Shown here: positions 1-10,822 of the stretch, one piece after another
Layout of the letters: every line of letters starts with the position of its first letter
Numbering within the stretch: position 1 is the first letter of the stretch
Assembly (NCBI GenBank): GCA_964472495.1
Contig: CAYYLD010000001.1
Span: forward strand, 21,294 to 85,293
Origin: an uncultured Candidatus Saccharibacteria bacterium
GTDB taxonomy: Bacteria; Patescibacteriota; Minisyncoccia; Portnoybacterales; UBA2143
Length of the DNA: 64,000 nt
Direction: 5' to 3'
The notes under the pieces: model-generated
The model's database searches: none
Seen by the model: only the letters and a program-made list of their open reading frames with translations
What the model was told of the DNA's origin: nothing
Translations under genes and position numbers: made by a program

Positions 1-81
1 GAATCAACAAAAACAATCAACAATATATTGGTTGGTTGTTTTTTTGTTGTTGGCTCTAAGCGGCCATGTTATTATATATAA

Positions 82-1785
82 ATGAAAAAGATTTCTGAAC
101 AGATAATCTCTTTTGGCCTAATTGTCTTTATTGTTTTAATCTATCTGGTTTTCTTTCTCCAGATAGTCAATCATCAGAGAATTGCCTGGGGGGTTAAAGT
201 AGCTGATTTTAACCTTAGTCGGACCAAACCCCAAACAGTCCCCAAAACCCTAAAAGACAAGTTAGATAGTTTCGCTAATCAGGAATTAAATTTTTTCTAT
301 CAAGATAAAAGTTGGTCAGTTAAATTAATTGATTTAGGTTTTCTATTTGATGAAAGAGCCATTCTTGAAGCAGCTTACCAAATTGGTCATCAAGCTAACA
401 TCTTGATTAATCTTAAAGAACAATTAATCGCTTTTATCATCGGACATCAATTAGCCCCGGTCTATCAATTAGACCAAGAGCAGTTTCAAAACAAAACCAG
501 CGAGCTTTTTAGAGATATTGAAAGACCGGCTCAGAATGCTTCCCTGGTCTTTAACCAAGAAATTGATGGTTTTTCTTTGGAACACTCAACCGAGGGAACA
601 ACCATTAAGCGAGGCCAACTATTAACTGACTTGACGGCCCGAATTAGGTCCTTTTCCAGTCAGCCAATTGAGTTGCAGCTGGTTCTTGACTATCCGACAG
701 TTGAAAATGATGAGGTTGAATCAGCTCGTCAGAAAGCTGAACAAATTTTAGCCGGACAACCTTATCAATTAACCTTTGAAGGAAAATATTGGACCATTGA
801 TAAACAAAGAATAATTGACTGGTTAAAATTTGAATCGGTTAAAGAAGAAAACTCTGGTAATCAAATTCTCGGTTGCTTTTTAGATGAGGAAAAAATTAAA
901 GATTATTTAGCCGAAATAGCCAGGACAATTGACCAGCTAACGGTTGATGCCCGCCTAGAAACCGAGGGTAATCGAGCGGTTGTCTTTTCGGCCGGTCAAG
1001 CCGGTTTTCAGGTTTATCAGGAAGAAACTATTCAAGAATTGACCAAAAATATTTTAGCCCAACCGCCAATTAGCCAAACCGAGATTATAGCCAGTATTGC
1101 CCTACCTAAAATTACTTTAGGCCAGACCAATAATTTAGGCATCAACACTTTAATTGGTCAGGGCAATTCCAATTTTGGCGGCTCACCGAGCAATCGGATT
1201 CATAATATCAAAACAGGCACGGCCAAATTCAACGGCTTAATTTTGAATCCGGGTGAGGAATTTTCCTTTAATACTCTTTTGGGTGGCAGCGGCCCGGAAC
1301 AGGGATTTCTGCCGGAACTGGTTATCAAAAAAAATAAAACTGTGCCGGAATACGGCGGCGGTCTTTGTCAGGTTTCGACAACGCTTTTCCGGGCGGCCGT
1401 CAACAGCGGTCTGGAAATTACCGAGCGCAGTCCCCATGCTTTTCCGGTAGTATATTATTCCCCCCAAGGATTTGACGCCACTGTCTACGAACCCCATCCT
1501 GACCTCCGTTTCATTAACAACACGCCCGCTCATTTTTTAATCGAAGGGGTCGTCCAAGGTAATCAATTGACTTTTAATTTTTACGGGGCTGACGACGGCC
1601 GGCGCGTCCAGATTAAAGGGCCTTATCTTTTGGAAAAAAAAGAAGACGGCTCAATGAAAACTGTCTTATACCAGGAAGTCTATCAACAAGGTGAATTAGT
1701 CCATCAGCAAACTTTTTATTCTAATTACGATTCACCGAATTTGTATCCGATTGAAGGAAGCGAAAAAGAGAGCAGAGAGAATTAA
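82..1785 (+). CDS. VanW family protein with N-terminal TM anchor and peptidoglycan-binding (YoaR-like) repeats
   Basis: C-terminal VanW motifs RIHNIK, FSFNTLLG, GGGLCQVSTTLFRAA, GFDATVY, DLRFINNT; hydrophobic N-terminus. Confidence 0.9.
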   Translation: MKKISEQIISFGLIVFIVLIYLVFFLQIVNHQRIAWGVKVADFNLSRTKPQTVPKTLKDKLDSFANQELNFFYQDKSWSVKLIDLGFLFDERAILEAAYQIGHQANILINLKEQLIAFIIGHQLAPVYQLDQEQFQNKTSELFRDIERPAQNASLVFNQEIDGFSLEHSTEGTTIKRGQLLTDLTARIRSFSSQPIELQLVLDYPTVENDEVESARQKAEQILAGQPYQLTFEGKYWTIDKQRIIDWLKFESVKEENSGNQILGCFLDEEKIKDYLAEIARTIDQLTVDARLETEGNRAVVFSAGQAGFQVYQEETIQELTKNILAQPPISQTEIIASIALPKITLGQTNNLGINTLIGQGNSNFGGSPSNRIHNIKTGTAKFNGLILNPGEEFSFNTLLGGSGPEQGFLPELVIKKNKTVPEYGGGLCQVSTTLFRAAVNSGLEITERSPHAFPVVYYSPQGFDATVYEPHPDLRFINNTPAHFLIEGVVQGNQLTFNFYGADDGRRVQIKGPYLLEKKEDGSMKTVLYQEVYQQGELVHQQTFYSNYDSPNLYPIEGSEKESREN

Positions 1786-2972
1786 GAAGACTTAGCTTTT
1801 TTAGCCGGGAAAACAAATCTGACCGCCCGCGGAATTAAAGCCAGGTCTTTTTTTATTTGTTTTTTTGAATCCTTCTCCAGTTTATCCCAATCACCTCCTT
1901 GATAATATCTTTCCCCTGCTTTAACTAAACAATTGGCTAACCAAATAGCCAGCAAGGTAATTGGCAGAGCAATTAAAATATCAATGAAATAATGTTGAGC
2001 TAAATAAACTGTTCCTAAAATAGAAAAAAACGCCCAAGGGAGAGTAAAATAAATCGTTTTCCTTCTAAATTTAAAAAGATAGTAAACAATAATGATTGTC
2101 CAAGCGACATGCATGCTGGGCATGGTCGTCACCGGAGCAACATCACCTGGGCTAGCACCAACCTCTCGATGAAAATTTATAATATACTTATTCGGTTGAT
2201 AATCTTCAACCGAGTTCTTGATAAACGGGTCTATTTCTCTACCATAAACATTATTCAAAAAAGTATTCTGGGGACTGTTAGCCGGAAAAAAGAACCAGAT
2301 GGGTAAAGCAATCATTGTCGCCAAAGTCATCGCTATAATGTACTGACTAAAAAGTTTTCTCTGGTTTATTAAATAGAAAACAAGCCAGCTGATTCCCATT
2401 AACGAGCCGAGCAAGCAAAAAGAATAGAGAAATAAAGGAGCTAAATATTTTAAAAAACCGATTGAATCCTGAGACCAAAGGAAAGGATAAAAACCAAGCA
2501 TAGATTTATCTATTCTCATCAACCAATTATCGATTAAATTGCCCCGGAGTTGAATAGCCATCAAACCAATCAGGAAGGTAATCAAACTAAAGAAGAGGGT
2601 GACAAAGAAAAGAGGTCTTAAAAAAAATAAGATAGTCATTAAAAAATTTTTAAGTTTAGACCAACTCCGAGAAAATAATTTTGGCCAAGAAAGAAGGACA
2701 TTTTTCAAAGAAACTCTTTTCTCAATAAACGGCGATAACCAATTAATCAAATAGAGATACAGTTTGAAGAAAACGTAAAAATAGATGAAAAATAAGACGA
2801 AAGAAAAATAATTTATCCCTAAGGCCACATTCTTAAAACCAATTTTAAAAGAGCCTAACCAATTTGATTGGGAAACAAAAATCAGACAAGATAGGAAGAG
2901 AATCAGCGAAAAGGCAAATAAAATATATTCTTCAATCCTGATTGACTGAAGAATATTTTTAACTTTAATCAT
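1782..2972 (-). CDS. PAP2-superfamily membrane protein (inositol phosphorylceramide synthase/Aur1-like)
   Basis: Multiple TM helices; motifs MPSMHVAW and TVYLAQHYFID; start moved to ATG 2972 because the upstream extension is tRNA sequence. Confidence 0.8.
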   Translation of the reverse strand: MIKVKNILQSIRIEEYILFAFSLILFLSCLIFVSQSNWLGSFKIGFKNVALGINYFSFVLFFIYFYVFFKLYLYLINWLSPFIEKRVSLKNVLLSWPKLFSRSWSKLKNFLMTILFFLRPLFFVTLFFSLITFLIGLMAIQLRGNLIDNWLMRIDKSMLGFYPFLWSQDSIGFLKYLAPLFLYSFCLLGSLMGISWLVFYLINQRKLFSQYIIAMTLATMIALPIWFFFPANSPQNTFLNNVYGREIDPFIKNSVEDYQPNKYIINFHREVGASPGDVAPVTTMPSMHVAWTIIIVYYLFKFRRKTIYFTLPWAFFSILGTVYLAQHYFIDILIALPITLLAIWLANCLVKAGERYYQGGDWDKLEKDSKKQIKKDLALIPRAVRFVFPAKKAKSS

Positions 2973-2978
2973 AAGCAG

Positions 2979-3062
2979 TGCGGACGGTGGGAGTTGAACC
3001 CACATGAGATTATTCTCACCAGGTCCTAAACCTGGCGCGTCTGCCAGTTCCGCCACGTCCGC
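2979..3062 (-). tRNA. tRNA-Leu(TAG), no encoded CCA
   Basis: Acceptor GCGGACG/CGTCCGC-A; anticodon arm CCAGG-TT TAG GA-CCTGG; long variable arm; T-loop GGTTCAACT. Confidence 0.95.
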
Positions 3063-3105
3063 TTCATTTCTATTCTAATCCCCCTTTGTTCAAAAATCAA
3101 CACTC

Positions 3106-3134
3106 TTGACATTTAATAATTTGTTATATATAAT
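3106..3134 (+). promoter_or_regulatory. sigma70 promoter of the orphan two-gene operon
   Basis: Consensus TTGACA-N17-TATAAT. Confidence 0.75.
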
Positions 3135-3228
3135 ATAAGCAATGGCAATTTAGGCAAGGAGGGACTATTTTTTAGGTTTCTTTAATAATAGAATAATAAC
3201 CTTTACTGAAAAGAAAGGAGTGATTGAA

Positions 3229-3741
3229 ATGGGTAAGCTTAAGGATGTTTTCAAAAAAGGAGCAGGGGTAGTCGGAGATATAGCTAAAGAAGCGGCTGGT
3301 GAAGGAATCGGAAAACAAATAGGAGGCGCGGCAGGAAAAAGGGTCAGCGAACGGGTTTTTGAGGATAAAAGAGGGGAACTGCTAATCGATATCTTGGCAA
3401 TCTCAGAAAATAACGAGCATCTTCTCCGGCGACACAAAAAAGCTTCGGAAAACCATACTGAAAACCGATTTGTCAACCTTCTTTGCAAGATTCCCAAAGA
3501 GCAGCGGAAGGAAACTCTCAAGATACTCAATGGGATGGAAGATTCTCAATTCGAGCAATACTTGGACCTTCTTGAGAACAATCTCTTTACACAATTTTTC
3601 CAACGAATTGGTCATCTTCTCGGAAAAGAATTAAAAGAGCTCGACGAAGGAGCGGCTGCCGGGTTAAGAGAGTTAGCCGCTAAAATAAGGGCAAGCTGCG
3701 AGGAAGGCGGTACGAGACATAAAGGGGGTGATGCGAGATGA
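3229..3741 (+). CDS. hypothetical protein (helical, Gly/Ala-rich N-terminus)
   Basis: 170-aa ORF; AAGGAG SD 8 nt before ATG 3229; ATGA overlap with the next gene. Confidence 0.7.
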   Translation: MGKLKDVFKKGAGVVGDIAKEAAGEGIGKQIGGAAGKRVSERVFEDKRGELLIDILAISENNEHLLRRHKKASENHTENRFVNLLCKIPKEQRKETLKILNGMEDSQFEQYLDLLENNLFTQFFQRIGHLLGKELKELDEGAAAGLRELAAKIRASCEEGGTRHKGGDAR

Positions 3742-4742
3742 AAGAATTTATAAAAGCTTTCTTTGAGGACTTTCTGCCAGCCATCTGGTTGGCCGTCTTC
3801 CAAAAAGGTCCTCAAAAGATGGATAAGTTAGTTAAGTGGGTTAAACCAAGAGCGAAAAAAATCTGGAAGTGCTTTCTAGTCCTAGCGCTCATCCTGATAA
3901 TCATCCCAATCGTAGCAGTGGACTTGGCGCTCCTGTTCAAAGCAGGCTGGATAGCTGCTTTGATTGGAACCCTTCTGGCCTTAATCTTAATGGTGCTTTT
4001 TTTCAAGCCAGTCTATCTGGGCTTAGCTGCGTTGTTGGGAATAACCTGGGAGGTTCTCTACCTGCGGATTAAAGAGGCGCCAAAAACTGGTGTAAGATAC
4101 GGTAAATTATACTTGGATATTGGACTGGGTATTCTGCTCTGGGAGCTAATTATCCTTTCTTATATATCTATTTTTCCTGTCTGGAATAATCCTCAAGCAC
4201 TTCCTGTATTAGCTTTGTTTTCTCTTCTAGCGGGTTTGATGGTTTATGTCTGGAAGTTCGAGAAAATTTTCTTCCGGAAATTCGCTTACAGATTCGTAGT
4301 TTTGGTCTTAATCGTGGAAACACTCAGCTTTTTCTTCCCGTTGACTAGCCAGGCCATCAATAAAAAAATGCCAGTTGTCGATAGAAAGATATCCAATAGC
4401 ATTAAGGCATTCGGCACTTCCCGCGAGCCACCCGTGAAAAAGGATAGCTCTAAAGAACCATCTCGCCGGCTCTCCGGAATCTTCGTTCTGCCCAAGGGCG
4501 TAAAGGTGACTAAGGACATCAATGGACATGAGTATGACTATCTGGAGGGAGAAAGAGGACATTTCCAACAACTCGGCCCAACAGGACAATTTACCGTATT
4601 GAATAAGAAGATATCTTCTCTAGTAATCGATAAGCCAACCTATACAACTGACCCAGCCATCTCTGATGGCCAAGTTAAGCTAATGGCTACCGGCGGAAAG
4701 GATGTGATAGTTGAATTAACAATCCTTCCGCCGTGTTCCTAA
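3738..4742 (+). CDS. hypothetical multi-pass membrane protein with C-terminal soluble domain
   Basis: 334-aa ORF with about 6 hydrophobic segments, then a beta-rich tail; GGGGGTG SD. Confidence 0.75.
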   Translation: MKEFIKAFFEDFLPAIWLAVFQKGPQKMDKLVKWVKPRAKKIWKCFLVLALILIIIPIVAVDLALLFKAGWIAALIGTLLALILMVLFFKPVYLGLAALLGITWEVLYLRIKEAPKTGVRYGKLYLDIGLGILLWELIILSYISIFPVWNNPQALPVLALFSLLAGLMVYVWKFEKIFFRKFAYRFVVLVLIVETLSFFFPLTSQAINKKMPVVDRKISNSIKAFGTSREPPVKKDSSKEPSRRLSGIFVLPKGVKVTKDINGHEYDYLEGERGHFQQLGPTGQFTVLNKKISSLVIDKPTYTTDPAISDGQVKLMATGGKDVIVELTILPPCS

Positions 4743-4747
4743 ACGCC

Positions 4748-4790
4748 AAAAGCCAGGCAAAGCAACAAAAATTGCTTTCCTGGCTTTTTT
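4748..4790 (+). terminator. intrinsic terminator
   Basis: AAAAGCCAGG...CCTGGCTTTTTT stem plus U-tract. Confidence 0.75.
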
Positions 4791-4875
4791 ATTTATCTTA
4801 ATTCTCTCCTTGATTGTCTATCAAATTTTACTGATTAGTCAAAATCATCGTCTCTACTCATCGCTATTATCCGGC

Positions 4876-5214
4876 TTATAGCATGCTTGTAATAAATTTC
4901 TGCGCTACATAGGCAAAGAGAGCTATGCCTATGCCGACCAAGCCCCAAATCAATGTTTTTCTGGCCTTGCCTAATTTTTCTTCATCACCAGCCGCCGTCA
5001 TCCAAACAAAACCGGCGTAGATAATCATAATGATAGCAATAACCAAAACAATGACTTGGAACCATCCGGCAATGTTTTTAATTATGCCTATTAATTCCGT
5101 CGGGCTTTCCGGGCCGACATTTGTAATTGGCGCCCCGAAGGCCATCGAGACAGCAAAAGCAAAAATAGATAAGGGAAGAAGAATGGAAGAAAAAACTTTT
5201 ATCTTTTTGTTCAC
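4876..5214 (-). CDS. TrbC/VirB2-like pilin (CPR pilin family)
   Basis: Signal peptide, two TM helices, motif IIYAGFVWMTAAGDEEKLGKARKTLIWGLVG. Confidence 0.85.
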   Translation of the reverse strand: MNKKIKVFSSILLPLSIFAFAVSMAFGAPITNVGPESPTELIGIIKNIAGWFQVIVLVIAIIMIIYAGFVWMTAAGDEEKLGKARKTLIWGLVGIGIALFAYVAQKFITSML

Positions 5215-5246
5215 TAATATTCACCCCCTTTCCTTTAATAATTTAA

Positions 5247-5621
5247 TTAACCAGCTCCAAGAATATTTTTAATCAATTCAATCAAAGCCCGGCTGCTTAT
5301 CAATACAGCCAAACCAATTAAAGACCAGGTCAGGGCTTTCTTGGCTTTGCTCACTTTTTCCTCGTTGCCGGCCGCGGTCATAAATAAAAGAGCGGAATAA
5401 ACAATCATAATTACGGCCACAGACACACCAATATTAACAATCCAGGTAATAATGTCTCCGGCTAAATCGGTAAAGCTGGTGACATTAAGTGGATTAGGCA
5501 CTGAAGTTGGCGAAGCCGCTGGCCAATCTGCTTTAACGACAACCAATGGCAGACTAATCGTCAAAAGAGACAGAATCAAAATAATTGATGAAAGATTTTT
5601 GGGAGAGATATTTCTAAGCAT
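5247..5621 (-). CDS. TrbC/VirB2-like pilin (CPR pilin family)
   Basis: PNPL motif and MTAAGNEEKVSKAKKALTWSLIG. Confidence 0.85.
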   Translation of the reverse strand: MLRNISPKNLSSIILILSLLTISLPLVVVKADWPAASPTSVPNPLNVTSFTDLAGDIITWIVNIGVSVAVIMIVYSALLFMTAAGNEEKVSKAKKALTWSLIGLAVLISSRALIELIKNILGAG

Positions 5622-5641
5622 ATATTTTATAAACAAATCTT

Positions 5642-6076
5642 CTAAGGACAACTAGGGAATACGTTCCAAGCGCCACTGAAGGCTCCGGTAGTCAAAGTTT
5701 TAACTAAAGTGTCAATCAACAGCCAGCCGGTAAAAATGATGACCAAGCCGATAACGGTGTTAGCAAAAATACTTTTGGCCAAAGTAACTCTTCCTTCACT
5801 GCCACCGGAAACAAGGAAGATAATCCCAGCAGCTGCAAATAGAAGAATAGCCGCTGGGATAGCTAAATTAAAACTGATAAAATTGATGATATTGCTGGCC
5901 AAATGCCATAAATCACAGAGATTACATTTCTCACTGGCATCTAGCTGGCCATCACCATTAATATCCCGGCCACAAGGGACTAATGGTTCAGTGATAAAGC
6001 CAGCATAGGCCAAATTAGCGACAAACAATCCTAACAAGAGCAAAGAACCGATTAAAATTTTATGAAAGGTTCCCAT
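5642..6076 (-). CDS. TrbC/VirB2-like pilin with Cys-containing N-terminal loop
   Basis: LVPCG...CNLCDL and SGGSEGRVTLAKSIFANTVIG; ends in C-P. Confidence 0.8.
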   Translation of the reverse strand: MGTFHKILIGSLLLLGLFVANLAYAGFITEPLVPCGRDINGDGQLDASEKCNLCDLWHLASNIINFISFNLAIPAAILLFAAAGIIFLVSGGSEGRVTLAKSIFANTVIGLVIIFTGWLLIDTLVKTLTTGAFSGAWNVFPSCP

Positions 6077-6077
6077 G

Positions 6078-7370
6078 TCATTTCATTAAGAGAGTTATTT
6101 GATTAGCCGCCCGATTAACCGCTTCTCTAATCGTCGCCCGGCCTAATACTACTGATTCTATCATATCGGCCAAGTATTGCTCAATAGTCAAGTTATCCAC
6201 CTGATACCAGGAATAAGCGGTCAAGGCCTGCCCGGCGAAAATTCCTAAATCGGGGTCGTCTTTCTGCCAAGTGATTAAATCACGCCGGGCCGTCGGCTTT
6301 TTAGCCAATTCTAAATATTTCTGGGCATTTTCTTTCTCGGTCAACCAAACAATAAATTGCCAGGCCTGGTCAGCGTTCTGGCAATTATGGGAAACAGCCA
6401 AGCCCCAATAATTGGCATAATTAACCTTACTAGTGGCCGCCTTAATTTGGGGCATCGGGGCAATGGCAAAATTTAAATAAGGTGACTTGGCTTGGATAGT
6501 CGGTATTTGATAGGCATAATTAAACATCATCGCCGTCTGGCCCTGAACAAAGGCGTCTAGCGAATAGTCCATCCGCGTATTCCAGGTATAAACTGATTTT
6601 AAAGGGTCAGCGAAGTCAGTATAAAATTCTAAAGCTCTTTGCCCAGGATAAAAACTTTGGCCGTCAAGTTCAACTGACTGGTTAAAGGCAGCGGCTGTTT
6701 TTTCCTGATTGACCATTTGAGCGCCCGACTGAAGCATCAAGAGAGTCAGAATATCAGTTGACCGATTAATATTGCGAGCTGTTCCTAAGGCCGCTCCGGC
6801 CCGGATAATATTATCTCGCTCGTCCTTTATGGTTAAGGCCTCTACGTCGGCCAGAAATTCTTCCCAGGTAGCTGGCGCTTGAGGAATGACAGCGGTATTA
6901 AAAATATCTTGGTTGTAAAAAAGGGTTAGGGTGTCAACGCTTAAGGGTAAGGCGGCAATAGCCCCATCGGAAACAAAATCGTCATAGACAACATCGACAA
7001 AATTTTCCTTTAACTCTTTGAGGGTAATTAACTCTGAAGGAGCGGCCCAAATCTTATCTTCGTAACGAGGCAGCCAAGTATTATGAATCACCAAAATATC
7101 CGGACCGCGACCACTGGCCATTGCTTCTAATAAATCGCTTTCATAAGTCTGGTAAGTCTTTTTGTAATATTTAATTTCTGTTTTGGGAAAAACCTGATTG
7201 AATTCTTCAATTAACGGTTGGAAAATATCCGAATCATCGAAAACGCCCCAAAACTCCAGCTTCACTTCTTTAGCTGGCGGCTCTTTACAGCCAGGCAAGA
7301 CGACGGCTAAACCAAGGAAGATAATCGGCAGGATAATTGTATAAAGAGTAGTAGCTTTGGTCTTAGACAC
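6078..7370 (-). CDS. extracellular solute-binding lipoprotein (SBP family 1)
   Basis: Lipobox LPGC; GRGPDI, ALPLSVDTLTLFYN, PATWEEF motifs; probable GTG start at 7370. Confidence 0.85.
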   Translation of the reverse strand: MSKTKATTLYTIILPIIFLGLAVVLPGCKEPPAKEVKLEFWGVFDDSDIFQPLIEEFNQVFPKTEIKYYKKTYQTYESDLLEAMASGRGPDILVIHNTWLPRYEDKIWAAPSELITLKELKENFVDVVYDDFVSDGAIAALPLSVDTLTLFYNQDIFNTAVIPQAPATWEEFLADVEALTIKDERDNIIRAGAALGTARNINRSTDILTLLMLQSGAQMVNQEKTAAAFNQSVELDGQSFYPGQRALEFYTDFADPLKSVYTWNTRMDYSLDAFVQGQTAMMFNYAYQIPTIQAKSPYLNFAIAPMPQIKAATSKVNYANYWGLAVSHNCQNADQAWQFIVWLTEKENAQKYLELAKKPTARRDLITWQKDDPDLGIFAGQALTAYSWYQVDNLTIEQYLADMIESVVLGRATIREAVNRAANQITLLMK

Positions 7371-7374
7371 AGTT

Positions 7375-7914
7375 TTAGCTCTTTTTAAAAACCAGACCAT
7401 AATGCTGACCGTCCATGGTTAATTCTTTAACTAAAGTCAAACCTTGGCCTTCGACTAATTGACGAGCTTCATCTTTAGAAATAAACCAACCTTCCTTGGG
7501 AGCCAAAGAAGAACCGGCTAACCAATCAATAATGACCAGCTGACCATTCTCTTTCAAAACCCGCTTAGCTTCTTTTAAAATTTCTTCTTTTTTTTGTGAC
7601 TGAAATAAAATATTGGCCAAAACGACCAAATCAACTGACTGGTCGGTTAATTTAGAGCCACCAGACACTTCCAGATTACCACGGATAGTTTCGATATTAG
7701 AAACTTTTTCTATTTCGGCCCGGCTTTTAACTGACTGGAGGGCCTCTTCCAGAACATCCAAGGCATAAACTTTTCCTTGGCTGACCTGCTTGGCTAAGGG
7801 AAGACTGAAATAACCGTGTCCACAGCCAAAATCAGCGATAGTCATATTATCGCGGATATCTAATTGGTCTAAAATTGTCTCTGGCTGGAGAAAACCGCCA
7901 GTTCCCTTAGCCAT
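7375..7914 (-). CDS. class I SAM-dependent methyltransferase
   Basis: Motif [10 protein letters not shown]; [15 protein letters not shown]. Confidence 0.9.
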   Translation of the reverse strand: MAKGTGGFLQPETILDQLDIRDNMTIADFGCGHGYFSLPLAKQVSQGKVYALDVLEEALQSVKSRAEIEKVSNIETIRGNLEVSGGSKLTDQSVDLVVLANILFQSQKKEEILKEAKRVLKENGQLVIIDWLAGSSLAPKEGWFISKDEARQLVEGQGLTLVKELTMDGQHYGLVFKKS

Positions 7915-7917
7915 ATT

Positions 7918-10368
7918 TTAGATGCAAGCTATCGAGGCGATTTTATCCCCTCGAGCCATCCTCATTAATTTGACTCCTTGAGTCGTCCGACCCAAAGAGG
8001 GAATGTCTTTAAGTCTAGTCCTAATGACTTGTCCTTTTTGAGAAATGGCAATTAAATCTTCGTGCTCCGGCCTTAAGATCTGACCGGCTATAATTTGACC
8101 GGTCTTGGCTGTCAAGCGGGCTGTTTTAATTCCCAGACCGCCCCGCTTCTGTAGTTTATAATACCGCAAATTGCTCCTTTTGCCAAAACCATTCTCCATG
8201 ACAACTAATAATTTAATCTGGTCTTCCCTTTTTTGGTCATCAAGAGTAACTATCTGCATACCAACTAACTTATCTTCTTTTCTCAAACCAAGCCCCTTAA
8301 CGCCGGTAGCTGTCCGGCCCATTGGTCTGATTTCAGTCTCTTTAAAATGAATACTTTGTCCCTGGGCGGTGATTAAAATAACCTGGTCTTGTCCGGAAGT
8401 AAGTTTAGCCCATTTTAGACTATCTCCCTTTTTCAAATTAATAGCCATTAGGCCATTCCGCCGGACATGACTAAATTCTTCTATCTTAGTTCTTTTGATT
8501 ATACCATTTTCCGTGGCCATAACCAAATATTTAAAGGGCTGACCATTGTTTCCATTTGGTTTAATGGTTACCACGGCCGTAACCCGTTCTTGAGCGGCCA
8601 ATTGTAGAATATTAACAATGGCTTGGCCACGGGCCGTCCGGCTGGTTTCGGGAATCTCATAGGCTTTGGCCTGGAAAACGCGGCCGCGGTCAGTAAAGAA
8701 TAAAATATTATCATGAGTGGAAGAAGATAGGAACCAACCAACAGCATCTTCCTCACGTGGGGTGATACCGAGAATACCTTTGCCGCCTCTTCTTTGAGCT
8801 CGATAAGATTGGGGATTAACTCTTTTAATATAGCCTCCTTGGGTCAGAATAATGACGCAATCTTCTTGAGGAATTAATTCCTCTTCGGTTAACTGACCGA
8901 CCGCCTGCCGATAAACTTTGGTCCGTCGCTCGTCAGCGTATCTTTCCTTTATTTCCCGCAACTCCTTCTTAATCAAGGTCAAAATTTTCTTAGGACTTTT
9001 TAATAAGGTCTCCAATTCTTTAATCAATTCTTTTTTCTCCTTTAATTCGTCCTTAATCTTCCTCTGCTCTAAACCAGCTAAAGCTTGTAACCTCATTTCC
9101 AGAATGGCCGTCGCCTGACGGTCAGTTAATTTAAATTTCTTGATTAAATTCTGATGAGCCGCTTCTCGCGTCTCTGATTTTTTAATTGTTTCAATAACTG
9201 CATCTATTTGATTAAGGGCTTTACTCAAACCAGTCAAAATATGGGCTCTCTCTTTGGCCTGCTTCAATTCAAATTGACTGCGTCGGGTAGTGACCTGCTG
9301 ACGGTGCTTAATGAATTCTTCCAAAAGCCCCTTCAAGGATAAGACTTGCGGCTGTAACCCATTAACTAGAGCGAGCATATTTAAATGGAAAGTTTTTTGT
9401 AAATCAGTTAATTTATACAAGCGATTAAGAATTTTCTGCGGTTGAGCATCGCCCTTTAGTTCAATAACTACCCGGACACCTTCTTTGTCTGATTCGTCGC
9501 GAATATCTTTAATGCCTGGCATTCTTTTGTTTTTAACCAGTTCAGCAATTTTAGCAATCAAATTGGCCTTATTGACTCCGTAAGTCATTTCGGTAATTAA
9601 AATCTGGAACTGGCCGGCTTTCTTCTCAACAATTTCTGTTTTAGCCCGCATGACAATCGGCCCCCGACCGGTGCTATAGGCCTGAATTAGTCCCTGACGG
9701 TCATAAATGGCCCCGCCAGTTGGAAAATCAGGTCCTTTAATAAATTGGAAAAGGTCCTTAACCGTTGCTTGCGGATGGTCAACGAGATAAATAACTCCCT
9801 CAACAACTTCAGCCAAATTATGAGGTGGAATATTAGTGGCCATGCCCACGGCAATCCCCATAACCCCATTTAAAAGTAATTGAGGTAATTTAGCCGGTAG
9901 AACAACCGGCTCCTGACGAGTCCCATCATAATTATCAGCCCAGTTAACCGTTGACTTCTCTATATCAACCAACATTTCTTCAGATATCCTGGCCAACCGC
10001 GATTCGGTATAGCGATAAGCAGCTGCACTATCTCCATCCATCGAGCCGAAATTCCCCTGACCATCAATTAAGGGATAACGCAGGGAAAAATCTTGAGCCA
10101 TCCGGACCAAAGCGTCATAAACAGCCGTATCTCCGTGGGGATGAAATTTTTTTAAGACATCGCCGATTACCCCGGCGCATTTCGAATATTTGCCGCTATG
10201 CCGCAGGCCAGCTTCCCACATGGCATACAAAATACGGCGATGAACTGGCTTGAGTCCATCGCGAACATCGGGCAAAGCCCGGGCGACAATCACGCTCATG
10301 GCATAGTCCAAATAGGACTCTTTCATTTCCTCGGCAATGGCTCTTTTTTTGATGTAACCTATTTCCAT
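7918..10368 (-). CDS. gyrA: DNA gyrase subunit A
   Basis: [29 protein letters not shown], GyrA-box QRRGGKG. Confidence 0.98.
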   Translation of the reverse strand: MEIGYIKKRAIAEEMKESYLDYAMSVIVARALPDVRDGLKPVHRRILYAMWEAGLRHSGKYSKCAGVIGDVLKKFHPHGDTAVYDALVRMAQDFSLRYPLIDGQGNFGSMDGDSAAAYRYTESRLARISEEMLVDIEKSTVNWADNYDGTRQEPVVLPAKLPQLLLNGVMGIAVGMATNIPPHNLAEVVEGVIYLVDHPQATVKDLFQFIKGPDFPTGGAIYDRQGLIQAYSTGRGPIVMRAKTEIVEKKAGQFQILITEMTYGVNKANLIAKIAELVKNKRMPGIKDIRDESDKEGVRVVIELKGDAQPQKILNRLYKLTDLQKTFHLNMLALVNGLQPQVLSLKGLLEEFIKHRQQVTTRRSQFELKQAKERAHILTGLSKALNQIDAVIETIKKSETREAAHQNLIKKFKLTDRQATAILEMRLQALAGLEQRKIKDELKEKKELIKELETLLKSPKKILTLIKKELREIKERYADERRTKVYRQAVGQLTEEELIPQEDCVIILTQGGYIKRVNPQSYRAQRRGGKGILGITPREEDAVGWFLSSSTHDNILFFTDRGRVFQAKAYEIPETSRTARGQAIVNILQLAAQERVTAVVTIKPNGNNGQPFKYLVMATENGIIKRTKIEEFSHVRRNGLMAINLKKGDSLKWAKLTSGQDQVILITAQGQSIHFKETEIRPMGRTATGVKGLGLRKEDKLVGMQIVTLDDQKREDQIKLLVVMENGFGKRSNLRYYKLQKRGGLGIKTARLTAKTGQIIAGQILRPEHEDLIAISQKGQVIRTRLKDIPSLGRTTQGVKLMRMARGDKIASIACI

Positions 10369-10432
10369 TAAATTTAGCCAACAAAGAACAGCCAAGAATA
10401 TTTCTATTCACTATTGGCTGTTAGTTGATTCA

Positions 10433-10798
10433 TTATCTCAAAGGCAATTTGGCCGGTTTAATTGTTTGCCCTCCGAGAGCATCTTCAATTGCTTGAGGAG
10501 TTAACTGGCTTTCTTCTGAAATATTTTCTTCTTCAGGCAAATTATTTTCCTCAAAAAAAGCACCGATACTGGCTCGGAAAATTTCTCCTAAAGAAGGAAT
10601 TTCTTTTTCTACCTCCTTTTTCATCTCTCCCAAGGGCTGGCTGGTCTTCTCGGCCGTGCCGGGCAAAGAATGCTTTAAAGAAATCACCCAAAGGGAGCCA
10701 ATCAAAAACATACAAATAAAGACGGCCAACCATAAAATCTGGAAGCGAATATAGCGCGGTTTCTTTTGAATTTTTTCTAAAAATTCATTTAAAGACAC
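10433..10798 (-). CDS. hypothetical single-TM protein
   Basis: 121-aa ORF with one TM segment, in the gyrA gene run. Confidence 0.65.
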   Translation of the reverse strand: MSLNEFLEKIQKKPRYIRFQILWLAVFICMFLIGSLWVISLKHSLPGTAEKTSQPLGEMKKEVEKEIPSLGEIFRASIGAFFEENNLPEEENISEESQLTPQAIEDALGGQTIKPAKLPLR

Positions 10799-10822
10799 GG
10801 CTTTGTTTATTGAATAAGGATT

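Noticed and set aside
2973-3056. N-terminal extension MAELADAPGLGPG of ORF 1782-3056
   Set aside because: It is translated tRNA-Leu sequence; ATG 2972 is the plausible start.
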